Shown in pieces: positions 31,239 through 41,644 of a stretch of DNA of 64,000 nucleotides; position 1 is the stretch's first letter; each line of letters begins with the position of its first letter. The stretch lies in the NCBI GenBank assembly GCA_963714605.1, contig CAVQOW010000010.1, positions 55,293 to 119,292 on the forward strand. Reading direction: 5' to 3'. Under the pieces are notes generated by a model, which was not told the DNA's origin, searched no databases, and saw only the letters and a list, made by a program, of their open reading frames with translations. Made by a program: the position numbers and the translations under genes. Origin of the DNA: an uncultured Verrucomicrobiae bacterium. GTDB lineage: Bacteria; Verrucomicrobiota; Verrucomicrobiia; Limisphaerales; CAVQOW01.

Positions 31239-32762
31239 TTATTCGTCTTTTTTGCCCATCGCCTTTTTAAGTGCGGGGACTTGTTCCAGCAATTTCTCAA
31301 ACTTTACGCCGGTCAAACTTTCCAACACCGGCGGCAACTGGCTGATGATGGTCGTCACGTCGCCGGTGAGCTTGCTCGCGCCGCCGCCCGGCCCGTTGCC
31401 GGAATTGATGATGACCATCTTCTCAGTCTTGCTGAGCGGCTCGCTGATCTTGCCAGCGACTTCCGGCAGCACGCGCACAATCATTTCGATGACGGCGGCC
31501 TCGTTGTATTGCTTGAAGCTTTCGGCTTTGTTCTTCATCGCCTCGGCAGTCGCCTTGCCTTGCGCTTCGATGACGGCGGCTTCGGCCAGACCACGCGCTT
31601 TGTTCGCTTCGGCTTCGGCGATACCGGTGGCCTTGGCGACATCCGCGTTGGCAAAACCTTTGGCCTTGGCGGCGGATGCAGCGCCAGCGGCTTCGGTTTC
31701 GAGTTGGAACTTCGTGGCGTTGGCGAGCGTCTCGACTTTGTAGCGTTCGGCGTCGGCGGGTTTCTGGACGTTGGCTTCCAGTTCGCGCTGCTTTCGTTGA
31801 ATTTCCTGCTGTTGCAGCTCGATTTGCTTCTGCTTCTCGATGATTTGCACCTGCACTTCTTCCGCTTTCACCAACTGGCCGGTCTTGAATTTCTGCAAAT
31901 CATACGCGAGGTCGGCCTCGGCTTTCTTCTGATTCACCGCGGCCTGATATTGCGCGACGTTGGATTGATAATCGCGTTGCGCCTCGGCGACCTTGGTGTC
32001 GGCGGCAAACTTCGCTTCCTGTCCAGCCTGCGTGGCTTGTGACGACTTGATCATCGCGTCGCGGTCGGCTTCGGCCTGCGCGATCTGCGCGTCGCGTTTG
32101 ACCTGCGCGATACGCGGTTTGCCGAGCGCTTCGAGGTAACCCTGGCTGTCGCGAATGTCCTTGATCGTGAAGCTGACGATGCCGAGACCCATGTTGGCCA
32201 TGTCGCCCGCGGCGACTTCCTGAACCTTGGAAGCGAAGGCATCGCGGTTCTGATAAATGTCCTCGACGGTCATCGTGCCGAGGATGGCGCGAAGATGGCC
32301 TTCAAGCGTTTGCATCGCGACCCCTTTGATTTCATCGGTCGTTTTGCTGAGGAATTGCTCGGCGGCGGTGGCGATTGAAACGTCATCTCCTTTGACCTTG
32401 ATTTGCGCCACGCCATCCACGCGCACCGGCACGCCCTTGCTGGTATAGACATCCTGCTCCTGCTGCACGTCAATGGTGAGCAGTTCGAGCGACAGAATGT
32501 CCACCTTTTCAAAGACCGGCCACACGAAGACGCCGCCGCCTTTGACAATGCGGAAGCCGACGTCGCGCGCCGCGCCGTCCGGATCCACGATGCGGTGTTT
32601 GCGCCCGGAAATGACGAGCACCTGGTTCGGGCCGACCTTGGTGTAGCGGCTCGCCCAAATACCGGCGAAGATGAAGAAGACCAGCATGAGCGCGCCCACG
32701 CCCATGATGACGGTCAGCCATGGAATTTCGCCTGCAACGGCAAGAATAGGAGTCAGGTTCAT
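31239..32762 (-). CDS. flotillin-like SPFH/band-7 protein
   Basis: N-terminal TM, SPFH domain, long EA-rich coiled-coil (FloT/YuaG-like). Confidence 0.85.
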   Translation of the reverse strand: MNLTPILAVAGEIPWLTVIMGVGALMLVFFIFAGIWASRYTKVGPNQVLVISGRKHRIVDPDGAARDVGFRIVKGGGVFVWPVFEKVDILSLELLTIDVQQEQDVYTSKGVPVRVDGVAQIKVKGDDVSIATAAEQFLSKTTDEIKGVAMQTLEGHLRAILGTMTVEDIYQNRDAFASKVQEVAAGDMANMGLGIVSFTIKDIRDSQGYLEALGKPRIAQVKRDAQIAQAEADRDAMIKSSQATQAGQEAKFAADTKVAEAQRDYQSNVAQYQAAVNQKKAEADLAYDLQKFKTGQLVKAEEVQVQIIEKQKQIELQQQEIQRKQRELEANVQKPADAERYKVETLANATKFQLETEAAGAASAAKAKGFANADVAKATGIAEAEANKARGLAEAAVIEAQGKATAEAMKNKAESFKQYNEAAVIEMIVRVLPEVAGKISEPLSKTEKMVIINSGNGPGGGASKLTGDVTTIISQLPPVLESLTGVKFEKLLEQVPALKKAMGKKDE

Positions 32763-32793
32763 AGGATGATTTATTGGTTTGGGTTTGGATGAT

Positions 32794-33351
32794 TTACTTC
32801 ACAAGTTCCACGAAAAATTGAGTGCCGACGACACGCGTGATTTTGACCGTCGCCCCGGCGGGAACGGCGACGCCTTTCTCGGAACGCGCGGGCGCGGTAT
32901 AACGGGTGCTGGATTGCACGTAGGCGATTTCGCCAACGCCGTTCTCAGGAATCGGCGTAACGATGGAGGCGGCCTGGCCAACCAAGGTCGCCACTCGGGA
33001 TTCGCTGGAGCTTTGCGTCTTGCTGAACATCGTGTTGAACAGCCAGAACGCAGCCCGAGCGATGCAAAGGCCGCCGACGATCGAAAGCGGCGCGCTGACC
33101 CAGCCGCTCGAAGTCGGCTCAATCCGGCTGAAAATGATGCCCAACGCGCCAAATGCGGTGACGAATGTGGCGAGCACCGTGGGGCTGAAAAAAGAAATCC
33201 CCGGCATGCCGCTGTGATCAAAGCCCGCTTCGGCGTGTCCGCCCGTTCCAACGTCAACGTGGCCGTCATGGCCGCCGAAGAAGTGGCCGGCGACGGCGCT
33301 AATGAGAGTGAAAAGAAGACCGACGACCAGACAGATTGCGTAAATTATCAT
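32794..33351 (-). CDS. NfeD-family membrane protein (YuaF-like), operon partner of flotillin
   Basis: 2-3 TM helices and C-terminal OB-fold-like region; conserved nfeD-floT gene order. Confidence 0.7.
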   Translation of the reverse strand: MIIYAICLVVGLLFTLISAVAGHFFGGHDGHVDVGTGGHAEAGFDHSGMPGISFFSPTVLATFVTAFGALGIIFSRIEPTSSGWVSAPLSIVGGLCIARAAFWLFNTMFSKTQSSSESRVATLVGQAASIVTPIPENGVGEIAYVQSSTRYTAPARSEKGVAVPAGATVKITRVVGTQFFVELVK

Positions 33352-33484
33352 AAGCCCTCGCTGAGTTCGTTTTGTTGGCCAAAGTTAAAGGCCAACGCGC
33401 ACTGTAGGCAAGCAGGAATGCGTCTTTCCCCAACAGAAGGAAAAACCAGTTTGACAATTTTGCGCGGCCTGACTGAATGAAGCC

Positions 33485-33871
33485 ATGACGAATGTTCCTG
33501 CGGATTTAAAATACACCAAGTCGCACGAGTGGGTGCGGGTCAGCGGCGCCACTGCGGTCGTCGGCATCACCGACCACGCGCAGCATGAATTGACCGACGT
33601 GGTGTTTGTGGAGCTGCCTGAAGTGGGGCGCAAAGTGAAGGCGGGCGACGCCTGCGCGGTCGTCGAATCCGTGAAAACGGCCTCTGATATTTATTCGCCC
33701 GTCAGCGGCGAAATTTTGGAAGCGAACAAGTTGGTTGTGGAAGACCCGGCTTTGGCGAACAGCGAGCCGTACGCGAGCGGCTGGTTCTTCAAAATCAAAC
33801 TTTCCAATCTTGCCGAGTTGGACGGACTCCTGACGCCTGTCAAGTATTCGGCACAAATAAATCCGGCGTAA
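33485..33871 (+). CDS. gcvH: glycine cleavage system H protein
   Basis: lipoyl-Lys motif region ...[20 protein letters not shown]... Confidence 0.9.
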   Translation: MTNVPADLKYTKSHEWVRVSGATAVVGITDHAQHELTDVVFVELPEVGRKVKAGDACAVVESVKTASDIYSPVSGEILEANKLVVEDPALANSEPYASGWFFKIKLSNLAELDGLLTPVKYSAQINPA

Positions 33872-33920
33872 AGTGCTGCTGACCTCTTGCAATTTTCCCG
33901 CCCTCCACGAGAGTCTAATC

Positions 33921-34193
33921 GTGAAATCGAAACAGGTCCGATTGTTTGTGAAGCTTTACTGTCCGTGGTGTCATCGCGCAATGCAGTGGCTCGACAACCA
34001 CGGCATCGAATACGAGAGAATTGACGTGATGGCGAACGAAGCAGCGTATGCGGAGATGATCCAGCTTTCCGGCCAGGAACTTGCGCCGGTGATTGAAGTG
34101 GATGGAAAAGTGCTTGCCGATTTCGGCCCGGAACAATTGGCCGTGTTTTGGAAGCAATGGGAAGAAAAGCATGTCCCCGCCGACTCTCGCTGA
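33921..34193 (+). CDS. glutaredoxin-like protein (CPWC active site), GTG start
   Basis: VKLYCPWCHRA..., about 90 aa. Confidence 0.5.
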   Translation: MKSKQVRLFVKLYCPWCHRAMQWLDNHGIEYERIDVMANEAAYAEMIQLSGQELAPVIEVDGKVLADFGPEQLAVFWKQWEEKHVPADSR

Positions 34194-35067
34194 ACCGCCC
34201 GCGCGTCCCCGTTTGCCGGAATGGCTGCGCATCAAGCTGCCCACCTCCGATTCCTTCGGTCGAACGTGCAGCCTGCTTGACGAACTGAAGCTCCACACGG
34301 TCTGCGAAAGCGCGAAATGCCCGAATCACTGGGAATGCTGGAGCAAAGGCACGGCCACGTTCATGATTGGCGGCGACCGCTGCACGCGCGCCTGCGGCTT
34401 TTGCGCCGTGACAACGGCCAAACCGTTCGCGCTCGACCCGGACGAGCCGAAGCGTGTTGCGGAAGCCACACGGCGGATGCGGTTGCGGCACGTCGTCATC
34501 ACCGGTGTCGCGCGTGATGATTTGGCGGACGGCGGCGCAAATCATTTTCGCGAGACGATTGAAGCCGTTCGCGGGTTGAATCCTCGCACTGTCATCGAGG
34601 TGCTCGTGCCGGATTTCAACGACCGCGATGCTTCGATTGACACCGTGCTTTCGGCAAATCCGCACATCTTCAATCACAACCTCGAAACCGTGCGTCGGCT
34701 CACGCCTGCCGTGCGTTCGCGGGCGACCTACGACCGTTCGCTGAGCGTGCTCGGCAAAGTGAAGACAAAACGCGGCGATTCGGTTTACACGAAATCCGGC
34801 ATGATGTTCGGTTTGGGTGAAACCGAAGAGGAGGTGCTGACGGCGATGCAGGACTTGCGCGCCGTCGGTTGTGAGATTCTCACGTTGGGCCAGTATTTGC
34901 AGCCCACATTACGACACTTGCCCGTGAGGGAATTTATTACGCCGGCGAAATTCGCGGAATATGGCGGCTTGGCGCGGGCGATGGGTTTCATGCACGTGGC
35001 AAGCGGGCCGGTGGTCCGCAGTTCCTATCATGCCGATGAATTTATGCTGCCGTCAGTGCGGGGGTAG
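34171..35067 (+). CDS. lipA: lipoyl synthase
   Basis: CESAKCPNHWEC and CTRACGFC radical-SAM cysteine clusters. Confidence 0.9.
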   Translation: MSPPTLAEPPARPRLPEWLRIKLPTSDSFGRTCSLLDELKLHTVCESAKCPNHWECWSKGTATFMIGGDRCTRACGFCAVTTAKPFALDPDEPKRVAEATRRMRLRHVVITGVARDDLADGGANHFRETIEAVRGLNPRTVIEVLVPDFNDRDASIDTVLSANPHIFNHNLETVRRLTPAVRSRATYDRSLSVLGKVKTKRGDSVYTKSGMMFGLGETEEEVLTAMQDLRAVGCEILTLGQYLQPTLRHLPVREFITPAKFAEYGGLARAMGFMHVASGPVVRSSYHADEFMLPSVRG

Positions 35068-35679
35068 GCCGGGCGGTTTGTGTGTCAGCATCAGGTAAAA
35101 CGCCGCTCCAGCGATCAAAAGAGCGATCAGCACACTGGCGCACGATCAAAATCATTCTCAACTTGCGGGCTTGTTCGATCGTTTGCTGGGCTGACATCTT
35201 TTCAGTTTCCGCAAACAACGCGAACTCCTTGTCGAGTGAGGCAACGGCTTCGTCGCTTTTCAGTTGTAACGTCAGCCATCCCGATGCGGCCTTGTCCCAC
35301 ATCGTCGGCAATCGCTGCAACGTGTCGGCGTTTGCGGGCTGAAGGCCGATGCGATTCCAGAATGGGGCGTTTTCGCGCGTCCAAAGCCGGGCCGTCCCGT
35401 GATTCTGGGTGAGGGATTGAATCGGTTCCAAAGCAGAACGCGCAGTTGGTCGGCCTCGGCGAAGTCTGCAAAGGCCTCGCTGTGAATGCAGGCGTGCCGT
35501 CCAACAATCTGCAATCCCACTCCGCCAAGGACTTTGCCCTCGGCGTTTTCGACCACTTGAAATTCGGTGAGGCGCTTTTCCAAATCCTGCGTTGGAAGAC
35601 GCAAGGACTCCCATATTGTTTTCAACGTGCCAAGGTCTTCGACGGTGGCGCGGCGCGCATGATAGTTCTGTGAACTCAT
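35042..35679 (-). pseudogene. GNAT-family N-acetyltransferase; frame break near 35400
   Basis: N-terminal 93 aa in ORF 35272..35679; C-terminal part (...RLWTRENAPFWNRIG...) in the adjacent minus frame. Confidence 0.35.
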
Positions 35680-35798
35680 CCGGCTCGTATCTTAAGTACA
35701 GACCGGCAAAATTCAAATTAGAAAAATTGGGTGCATTCCGGGAAAGCATTCCCAGCAAAAGCTTGCGGCAACGGCACGGCTGCTTGTATGAATGGCGT

Positions 35799-36431
35799 AT
35801 GAATGGCGGGCGCAAATTCCGGTTGGGCGTGCTCGGTTCCGGCAAGGGATCGAACTTCGTCGCCATTGCCGATGCCTGTGCCGCCGGGAAGATTCCCGCC
35901 GAGGTCGCGCTGGTCGTCAGCGACGTGGACGGCGCGGGAATTTTGGAACACACCCGCCAGCGCAAACTGCCGGCGCAGTTCATTCCACCCGGCAAGTTTC
36001 GCACGAAGCTCGACGAGGACGCGGAGCGCGTTTACGTCGCCACATTGCGGAAAGCGCAGGTGGACTTGATCGTGCTCGCCGGTTACATGCGGGTTTTGAA
36101 AGGGGAATTTCTCCGCGCGTTTGAAGACCGGATTGTGAACATCCATCCGTCGCTGTTGCCGTCGTTCCCCGGTTTGGAAGCGTGGAAGCAGGCGTTGGAT
36201 CATGGCGTGAAGGTGACGGGCTGCACGGTGCATTTCGTGGACGCGGGCGTGGATGCCGGGCCGATCATCGGGCAGCAGACCGTGCCGTTACTGGACAACG
36301 ACACGCCGGAGACGCTACATCAGCGGATTCAGGTGGCAGAGCACGAGCTTTATCCGAAATGCGTGGCGGCGATTGCGCGAGGCGAGATTTTGGTTCAAGG
36401 GCGGCGGGTAATTTGGAAAAAGCAGGCGTGA
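35799..36431 (+). CDS. purN: phosphoribosylglycinamide formyltransferase
   Basis: GVLGSGKGSN... N-terminus and formyl-transferase motifs (HPSLLP, D..VD.G). Confidence 0.85.
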   Translation: MNGGRKFRLGVLGSGKGSNFVAIADACAAGKIPAEVALVVSDVDGAGILEHTRQRKLPAQFIPPGKFRTKLDEDAERVYVATLRKAQVDLIVLAGYMRVLKGEFLRAFEDRIVNIHPSLLPSFPGLEAWKQALDHGVKVTGCTVHFVDAGVDAGPIIGQQTVPLLDNDTPETLHQRIQVAEHELYPKCVAAIARGEILVQGRRVIWKKQA

Positions 36432-36901
36432 AACCGGAACGTTTAATTGCTTTTGCAGCATTGTTCGGTTTGCTGGCCGGTTGCATTAGCGGGCAATACG
36501 CTGAAAAGCCCAGCGGCCAGAAACTGGAAGATACCGACGAATTCAAAATTGACGCCGTTGTCTATGCCTATCTCCTGCAGCGGCACGACTGGAATGCAGG
36601 CGGCTACACCGCGATTTTTCTCAAAGGCAGCGACGCAGAAGTCGCACGGATGATGCGGATTTTTTCTGATCACGTTCCGCCCATCAAATCCAGCGAACGG
36701 GCTGAGCTTCATCCGACTTGGGCTCCGATTGACAGAGACACGGGCAAGTCAGCGGTGATTTTGAGTGTGGACGCCATGGATTCCACGAATGGAATGGTCG
36801 AAGCCATCGGCCGGTGGTATGCGGGCGTTTTAATGTCTGGCTTTCACGTTTTTGAACTGGGAAAAATTGACGGCGAGTGGAAGGTCCAAAGCGTGAAGTG
36901 A
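36429..36901 (+). CDS. hypothetical lipoprotein
   Basis: GTG start overlapping the purN stop; lipobox LLAGC. Confidence 0.4.
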
Positions 36902-37019
36902 AGAAAAAGTTCGCTTTACCGCGCCGAACTTGGCAAATCAATCCAGTGACGCGCGTGAAGGGATCGGCGAGGGCATATTCGCGACCGTGCAGCAAAAGCG
37001 ATCTGCGGAAAGATTTTGA

Positions 37020-37895
37020 ATGAGCAGAAAATTAAGATTTGGTTTGCCGAAAGGCAGTTTGCAGGAAGCCACCATCCAGAAAATGGCCAAGGCCGGATTC
37101 AACATCCAGGTCAGCAGCCGCTCCTACGTTCCGTACGTGGACGATGACGAGCTGGAAATCCGGCTGATCCGCGCGCAGGAAATCAGCCGCTACGTCGAGC
37201 ACGGCTATCTCGATTGCGGCATCACGGGGCACGACTGGATCGTGGAAAACGGGTCGAACGTGCACGAGGTCGGCGAGTTTTTGTTCAGCAAAGCGACACG
37301 CCAGCCGGCGCGGTGGGTGTTGTGTGTGCCGGAAAATTCCCCGATTAGATCGGTCAAGGATTTGAAGGGCAAACGCATCGCGACCGAAGTCGTCAATCTG
37401 ACGAAAAAATATCTCAAAAAACATGGCGTGAAGGCGGCTGTGGAATTTTCGTGGGGCGCGACGGAAGTCAAGGCGCACGAACTGGTGGACGCCATCGTGG
37501 AATTGACCGAGACCGGTTCGTCGCTGCGCGCGAATAAACTGCGTATCGTGGACACGCTGCTGGCTTCGACGCCGCGGCTCATCGCCAATCACACGGCTTG
37601 GAAGGACAAATGGAAACGGCGCAAGATCGAGACGCTCGCGTTGCTGCTTAAGGGTGCGCTGGAAGCGGAGGCCAAAGTAGGCGTGAAGATGAACATCGCC
37701 GAAAAGGATTTGGCGAAGTTGCTTCAAAGTTTGCCAGCGCTGCGGAATCCGACGATTTCCGCCTTGAGCCAGAAAGGCTGGGTCGCAGTCGAGACGATCA
37801 TTGACGAGCATGTCGTACGGGAGTTGATTCCGAAGCTCAAGATGGCGGGCGCGGAAGGAATTATTGAATATCCGTTGAACAAAGTGGTATACTGA
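37020..37895 (+). CDS. hisG: ATP phosphoribosyltransferase, long form
   Basis: 291 aa with C-terminal regulatory domain. Confidence 0.9.
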   Translation: MSRKLRFGLPKGSLQEATIQKMAKAGFNIQVSSRSYVPYVDDDELEIRLIRAQEISRYVEHGYLDCGITGHDWIVENGSNVHEVGEFLFSKATRQPARWVLCVPENSPIRSVKDLKGKRIATEVVNLTKKYLKKHGVKAAVEFSWGATEVKAHELVDAIVELTETGSSLRANKLRIVDTLLASTPRLIANHTAWKDKWKRRKIETLALLLKGALEAEAKVGVKMNIAEKDLAKLLQSLPALRNPTISALSQKGWVAVETIIDEHVVRELIPKLKMAGAEGIIEYPLNKVVY

Positions 37896-37906
37896 ACGCG
37901 AAACCT

Positions 37907-38008
37907 ATGGGTTCACTCAAAAAACGTCGTAAAGCAAAAATCAACAAGCACAAGCGGCGCAAGAAGCTGCGTCTGCATCGTCACAAGAAGCGCACTTGGC
38001 AGAAATAA
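37907..38008 (+). CDS. 33-aa highly basic protein resembling ribosomal protein bS22
   Basis: [33 protein letters not shown]; followed by a long hairpin. Confidence 0.4.
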   Translation: MGSLKKRRKAKINKHKRRKKLRLHRHKKRTWQK

Positions 38009-38036
38009 GCCTCGCTGCCGGGCTTCCTTGATTCAC

Positions 38037-38078
38037 ACCCACGCCAGCGGCGCAGTTTCCTCGCCGCCGAGCGTGGGT
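38037..38078 (+). terminator. 17-bp-stem hairpin after the small basic ORF
   Basis: acccacgccagcggcg ... cgccgccgagcgtgggt followed by a weak T-rich tail. Confidence 0.4.
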
Positions 38079-38080
38079 TA

Positions 38081-39796
38081 TTGTTCTGCATGAAGCATCG
38101 TTATTGCATCTTGATGGCGGGATTTGCCGTGAGCGTTCTGCTCGTGGTCGGGTGTCGGATTGCGCCTTCGGATCACCCGGTGCGGAGTTCCAGCAATTCA
38201 GAGAATGCCGGGAATTCCAGACAGACAGAACGAACGTCCGAAGCCGCGCTAGAGATACGTGCCGCAGCCCATGCCCATTACGCTGCGGGCGTCATCCATG
38301 ACCTGAACAACGAGACGGCCTTGGCATTGGAGGAATACTGCAAGGCAGCCCGCAACGATCCGGAGGACGAATCACTCATCATGGAAGTCTCAGGCCGATT
38401 GCTGGAAAACAATCAACCTCAAAAGGCGCTGGAGGTGTTGCTTCCCGCCGCGTCAGGGCCGAATGCCTCCGGGAGGATTTTTGCGCGGCTGGGCGTTGCT
38501 TATCTGCAGCTTGGCCAGGACAAACAGGCGATTGAGGCGAACCGCATGGCCATCAAACGGTCGCCGCGCTCACTCGCGGGGTATCAAAACCTTTTCCTCG
38601 CTTTTCTCCAAAACAAGCAACCGAAGGATGCGCTGCGAATTCTTGACGAAGCGGCAAAACAACCGAACGCCGACGCGGAATTTCTCATCGGCATCGGCGA
38701 GCTGTACACGAACTACATGCTTCAATATCCGAGCCAGCGTGAAACTGTCCGAAACAGCGCCCTGACAGCGCTGGCCCACGCCGAAAAATTGGAGGTCACC
38801 AGCCCTCAACTCCGCCTCAAACTGGCCGACGGTTTTTTCTTGCTCGAGGACTACCAGAAGGCTTCCGCGCTTTATCTGAAGTTGGTGGACCAGTTAAACG
38901 ATTTTCCCTTCCTGCGCGAGGCCGTTCGCGCCCGGCTCGCGGACCTCTACCTGCGCGCACAAGACCGCAAGCATGCCATGGAACAACTTGAAGCCATCGT
39001 GCGCAGCGATCCGTCGAACGCGCAAGCCTACTACTACCTCGGCAGCATCGCTTTTGACGACAAACGGTGGGCGGACGCCGCGGAATTTCTGAAGCAGGCG
39101 TTGCTGTTCAGCCCGGATTTGGAACCGGCATATTATGACTTGGCCAGCGCACAAATTGCGGAGGATCGGGCTGCTGACGCGATGGCAACACTGGCTGCGG
39201 CGCGCGGCAAATTTCCACAAAACTTCCTGAACGAATTTCTGACCGGCATCGCCTGTTCACAGCAAAAGGATTACACCAACGCCATCAACCATTACACCGC
39301 CGCCGAGGTCATCGCACAGACCACGGAGCCGGAGCGGCTGACCGCGGCATTTTACTGTCAGGTGGGTGCCGCCTTCGAACGCGAAGGCGACCGTGGCAGC
39401 GCGGAAAAATACTTTCAGAAAAGTCTGGAGCTTGATCCTGATGATGCCGAGGCGCTGAACTACCTCGGTTACATGTGGGCCGAGCACGGCGTGAATCTGG
39501 ACAAGGCGCGCGTGCTGATCGAAAGGGCGCTGAAAATCGAACCGAAAAACGGGGCCTACCTCGACAGCATGGGCTGGGTGTTGTTCAAGCTCAACCAACC
39601 CGCCGAAGCGCTCGACTACGTCCTCAAGGCGGTTGAATTGATCAAAAAACCGGAAGCGATACTTTACGATCATCTTGGCGACATTTACGCTGCGCTTCAC
39701 CAAATGGACAAAGCCCGCGAAGCCTGGCAAAAGTCGCTGGCCCTTGAACCAAACGGCCAAATCCGGCAGAAGCTGGAATCAAACAAACCGAAATGA
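38081..39796 (+). CDS. TPR-repeat lipoprotein
   Basis: lipobox LLVVGC; TPR repeats throughout. Confidence 0.6.
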   Translation: MFCMKHRYCILMAGFAVSVLLVVGCRIAPSDHPVRSSSNSENAGNSRQTERTSEAALEIRAAAHAHYAAGVIHDLNNETALALEEYCKAARNDPEDESLIMEVSGRLLENNQPQKALEVLLPAASGPNASGRIFARLGVAYLQLGQDKQAIEANRMAIKRSPRSLAGYQNLFLAFLQNKQPKDALRILDEAAKQPNADAEFLIGIGELYTNYMLQYPSQRETVRNSALTALAHAEKLEVTSPQLRLKLADGFFLLEDYQKASALYLKLVDQLNDFPFLREAVRARLADLYLRAQDRKHAMEQLEAIVRSDPSNAQAYYYLGSIAFDDKRWADAAEFLKQALLFSPDLEPAYYDLASAQIAEDRAADAMATLAAARGKFPQNFLNEFLTGIACSQQKDYTNAINHYTAAEVIAQTTEPERLTAAFYCQVGAAFEREGDRGSAEKYFQKSLELDPDDAEALNYLGYMWAEHGVNLDKARVLIERALKIEPKNGAYLDSMGWVLFKLNQPAEALDYVLKAVELIKKPEAILYDHLGDIYAALHQMDKAREAWQKSLALEPNGQIRQKLESNKPK

Positions 39797-40218
39797 GCCT
39801 CCCCGCCTGCGATGTCGCAGACGTTCTTGACGACATGGAATACCAATTTGAAAAGCACTACACGCGCGATGAGGCGCGGGCGTTGTTGCCCCAGCTCCGT
39901 CAATGGCTGCAGCAGCTTGACCATCTTCATCGGCGGCTTGATCATTACGACAAGCGTCTCAATTCGCTGATGAGCGCCGGTCATGATGCTGGGGGAAATC
40001 TTGTCAACGACTGGATCCGGAACTTGGCCGACATGCAGGAGATCTTGTCGGAATTTCAGAAACGTGAAATTCTCATCAAAGATTTGGAACGGGGACTGGT
40101 GGATTTTCCGGCCATCATCGGCGGCAAGGAAGTGTTTCTTTGCTGGGAAAAAGACGAGCCGGATGTCGAATTCTGGCATGACCTCGACACGGGTTTCACC
40201 GGACGCGAACGCCTGTAG
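39793..40218 (+). CDS. hypothetical protein (DUF2203-like)
   Basis: 141-aa ORF with 4-nt overlap to the upstream gene. Confidence 0.35.
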   Translation: MSLPACDVADVLDDMEYQFEKHYTRDEARALLPQLRQWLQQLDHLHRRLDHYDKRLNSLMSAGHDAGGNLVNDWIRNLADMQEILSEFQKREILIKDLERGLVDFPAIIGGKEVFLCWEKDEPDVEFWHDLDTGFTGRERL

Positions 40219-40248
40219 CACCAGTTCCACGCATGGGCATAATCCGCC

Positions 40249-40650
40249 TCAACTCGTCGCCGGGCTTGCCGAAGCCAGACGTGTTCCACACGAAAAACAG
40301 AAATTGGAATGCGGCGGGCACGACTGTCCGCAGCCCGGGCAGTCCATGTGCGCCATCGCGTGGCGATGGTGGATGATGAGGTTGCGGATGTACGGAATCC
40401 ACGTGAACACGTAGGCAAAAATGATCACGTAATGTTTGTCGTAAAAAACGGCGAACAGCAGCAACAGCAGCGAGCCGATGAGGCTCAACCACCAAAATGC
40501 CATCGGCACCACCACGCGTTTGAGTTTCTCAGTCGCATACCATTGCACAAAGAAGCGCGAGAAAAAGACGGCGTTGCCCGACCAGCCAACCACATTCCAG
40601 AAAACATCCCAGGAGTTCCAGTCGTGCCCAAAAAGATTTTTCAACGAATC
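40249..40650 (-). CDS. lipid-A-disaccharide synthase N-terminal-domain (LAB_N) membrane protein with C-terminal zinc-ribbon
   Basis: 3 TM helices; C-terminal CPGCG...CFSCG. Confidence 0.45.
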   Translation of the reverse strand, partial: DSLKNLFGHDWNSWDVFWNVVGWSGNAVFFSRFFVQWYATEKLKRVVVPMAFWWLSLIGSLLLLLFAVFYDKHYVIIFAYVFTWIPYIRNLIIHHRHAMAHMDCPGCGQSCPPHSNFCFSCGTRLASASPATS

Positions 40651-40777
40651 CATGGGCAAAATTAAGCCCCAGTTGCGCCCGGCTGACAAATCAAATCACG
40701 ACTTCTCCTGGTTGAGATGAATTGTTCGCGCCGGGTTTTCGCTTTCGTTCCCCTGACTGAATTGCTACAAACGCGTC

Positions 40778-41602
40778 ATGCCTTCCAAGCTTACAATCGG
40801 TTTTCTCGGCGCGGGCAAAATGGCGACCGCGCTGGCGGCGGGCTTCATCCGCGCTGGACTGGTCAACGCCAGGCAAATCATCGCCAGCGACCCGTTCGAC
40901 GGGGCGCGGAAAAATTTTGCGAAACAAGTCGGTGTTCCGCAGGGTGGTATCACGACAACCAACGTGGCGGTGGCGAAGTTCGCGAGCGTACTGGTGCTCG
41001 CGGTGAAGCCGGACCAAACGGGCGCCGTTCTATCAGAAATTCGCGGGCATTTCACACAGGCGCATTTGCTCATTTCCATCGCGGCGGGTGTGCCCATCGC
41101 CAAATTGGAGAGTGCCTTGCCCGCCGGCGCACGGGTGATCCGCGTCATGCCCAACACGCCCGCGCTCGTCGGCGCCTCGGCCACGGGATTTGCCCTCGGC
41201 AAATCCGCCACCATTGCGGACGGCGAACTGGTAAAGAAACTTTTCTCCGCCGTCGGCGTGGCGTTTCCGCTCAAGGAATCGCTGCTCGACGCGGTGACGG
41301 GTTTGAGCGGCAGCGGCCCGGCGTATGTTTATCAATTCATCGAAGCGTTGAGCGATGGCGGCGTGGCGGCGGGATTGCCGCGCGACGTGGCCACGAAACT
41401 GGCCGCGCAAACCGTGCTCGGCGCGGCGAAGATGGTTCTGGAAACCGGCCAGCATCCCGGAGCGTTGAAGGATCAAGTCACCAGCCCCGGCGGCACGACG
41501 ATTGAAGGCTTGCACGAATTGGAAAAAGGCAAACTGCGCGGCACCGTGATGAGCGCCGTCCGCGCCGCGACGGAAAAATCGAAGAAGCTGGGGCAAAGTT
41601 GA
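40778..41602 (+). CDS. proC: pyrroline-5-carboxylate reductase
   Basis: GFLGAGKMA Rossmann motif and ProC C-terminal dimerisation domain. Confidence 0.9.
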   Translation: MPSKLTIGFLGAGKMATALAAGFIRAGLVNARQIIASDPFDGARKNFAKQVGVPQGGITTTNVAVAKFASVLVLAVKPDQTGAVLSEIRGHFTQAHLLISIAAGVPIAKLESALPAGARVIRVMPNTPALVGASATGFALGKSATIADGELVKKLFSAVGVAFPLKESLLDAVTGLSGSGPAYVYQFIEALSDGGVAAGLPRDVATKLAAQTVLGAAKMVLETGQHPGALKDQVTSPGGTTIEGLHELEKGKLRGTVMSAVRAATEKSKKLGQS

Positions 41603-41644
41603 GAACACTTTTGCGCCCTGTGTTGTTCAATTCAAATTAATTCT

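Noticed and set aside
36182-36428. N-terminal extension of ORF 36182..36901 overlapping purN
   Set aside because: Coding signal (lipobox, start overlapping the purN stop) begins at about 36429; the upstream part is an out-of-frame overlap with purN.
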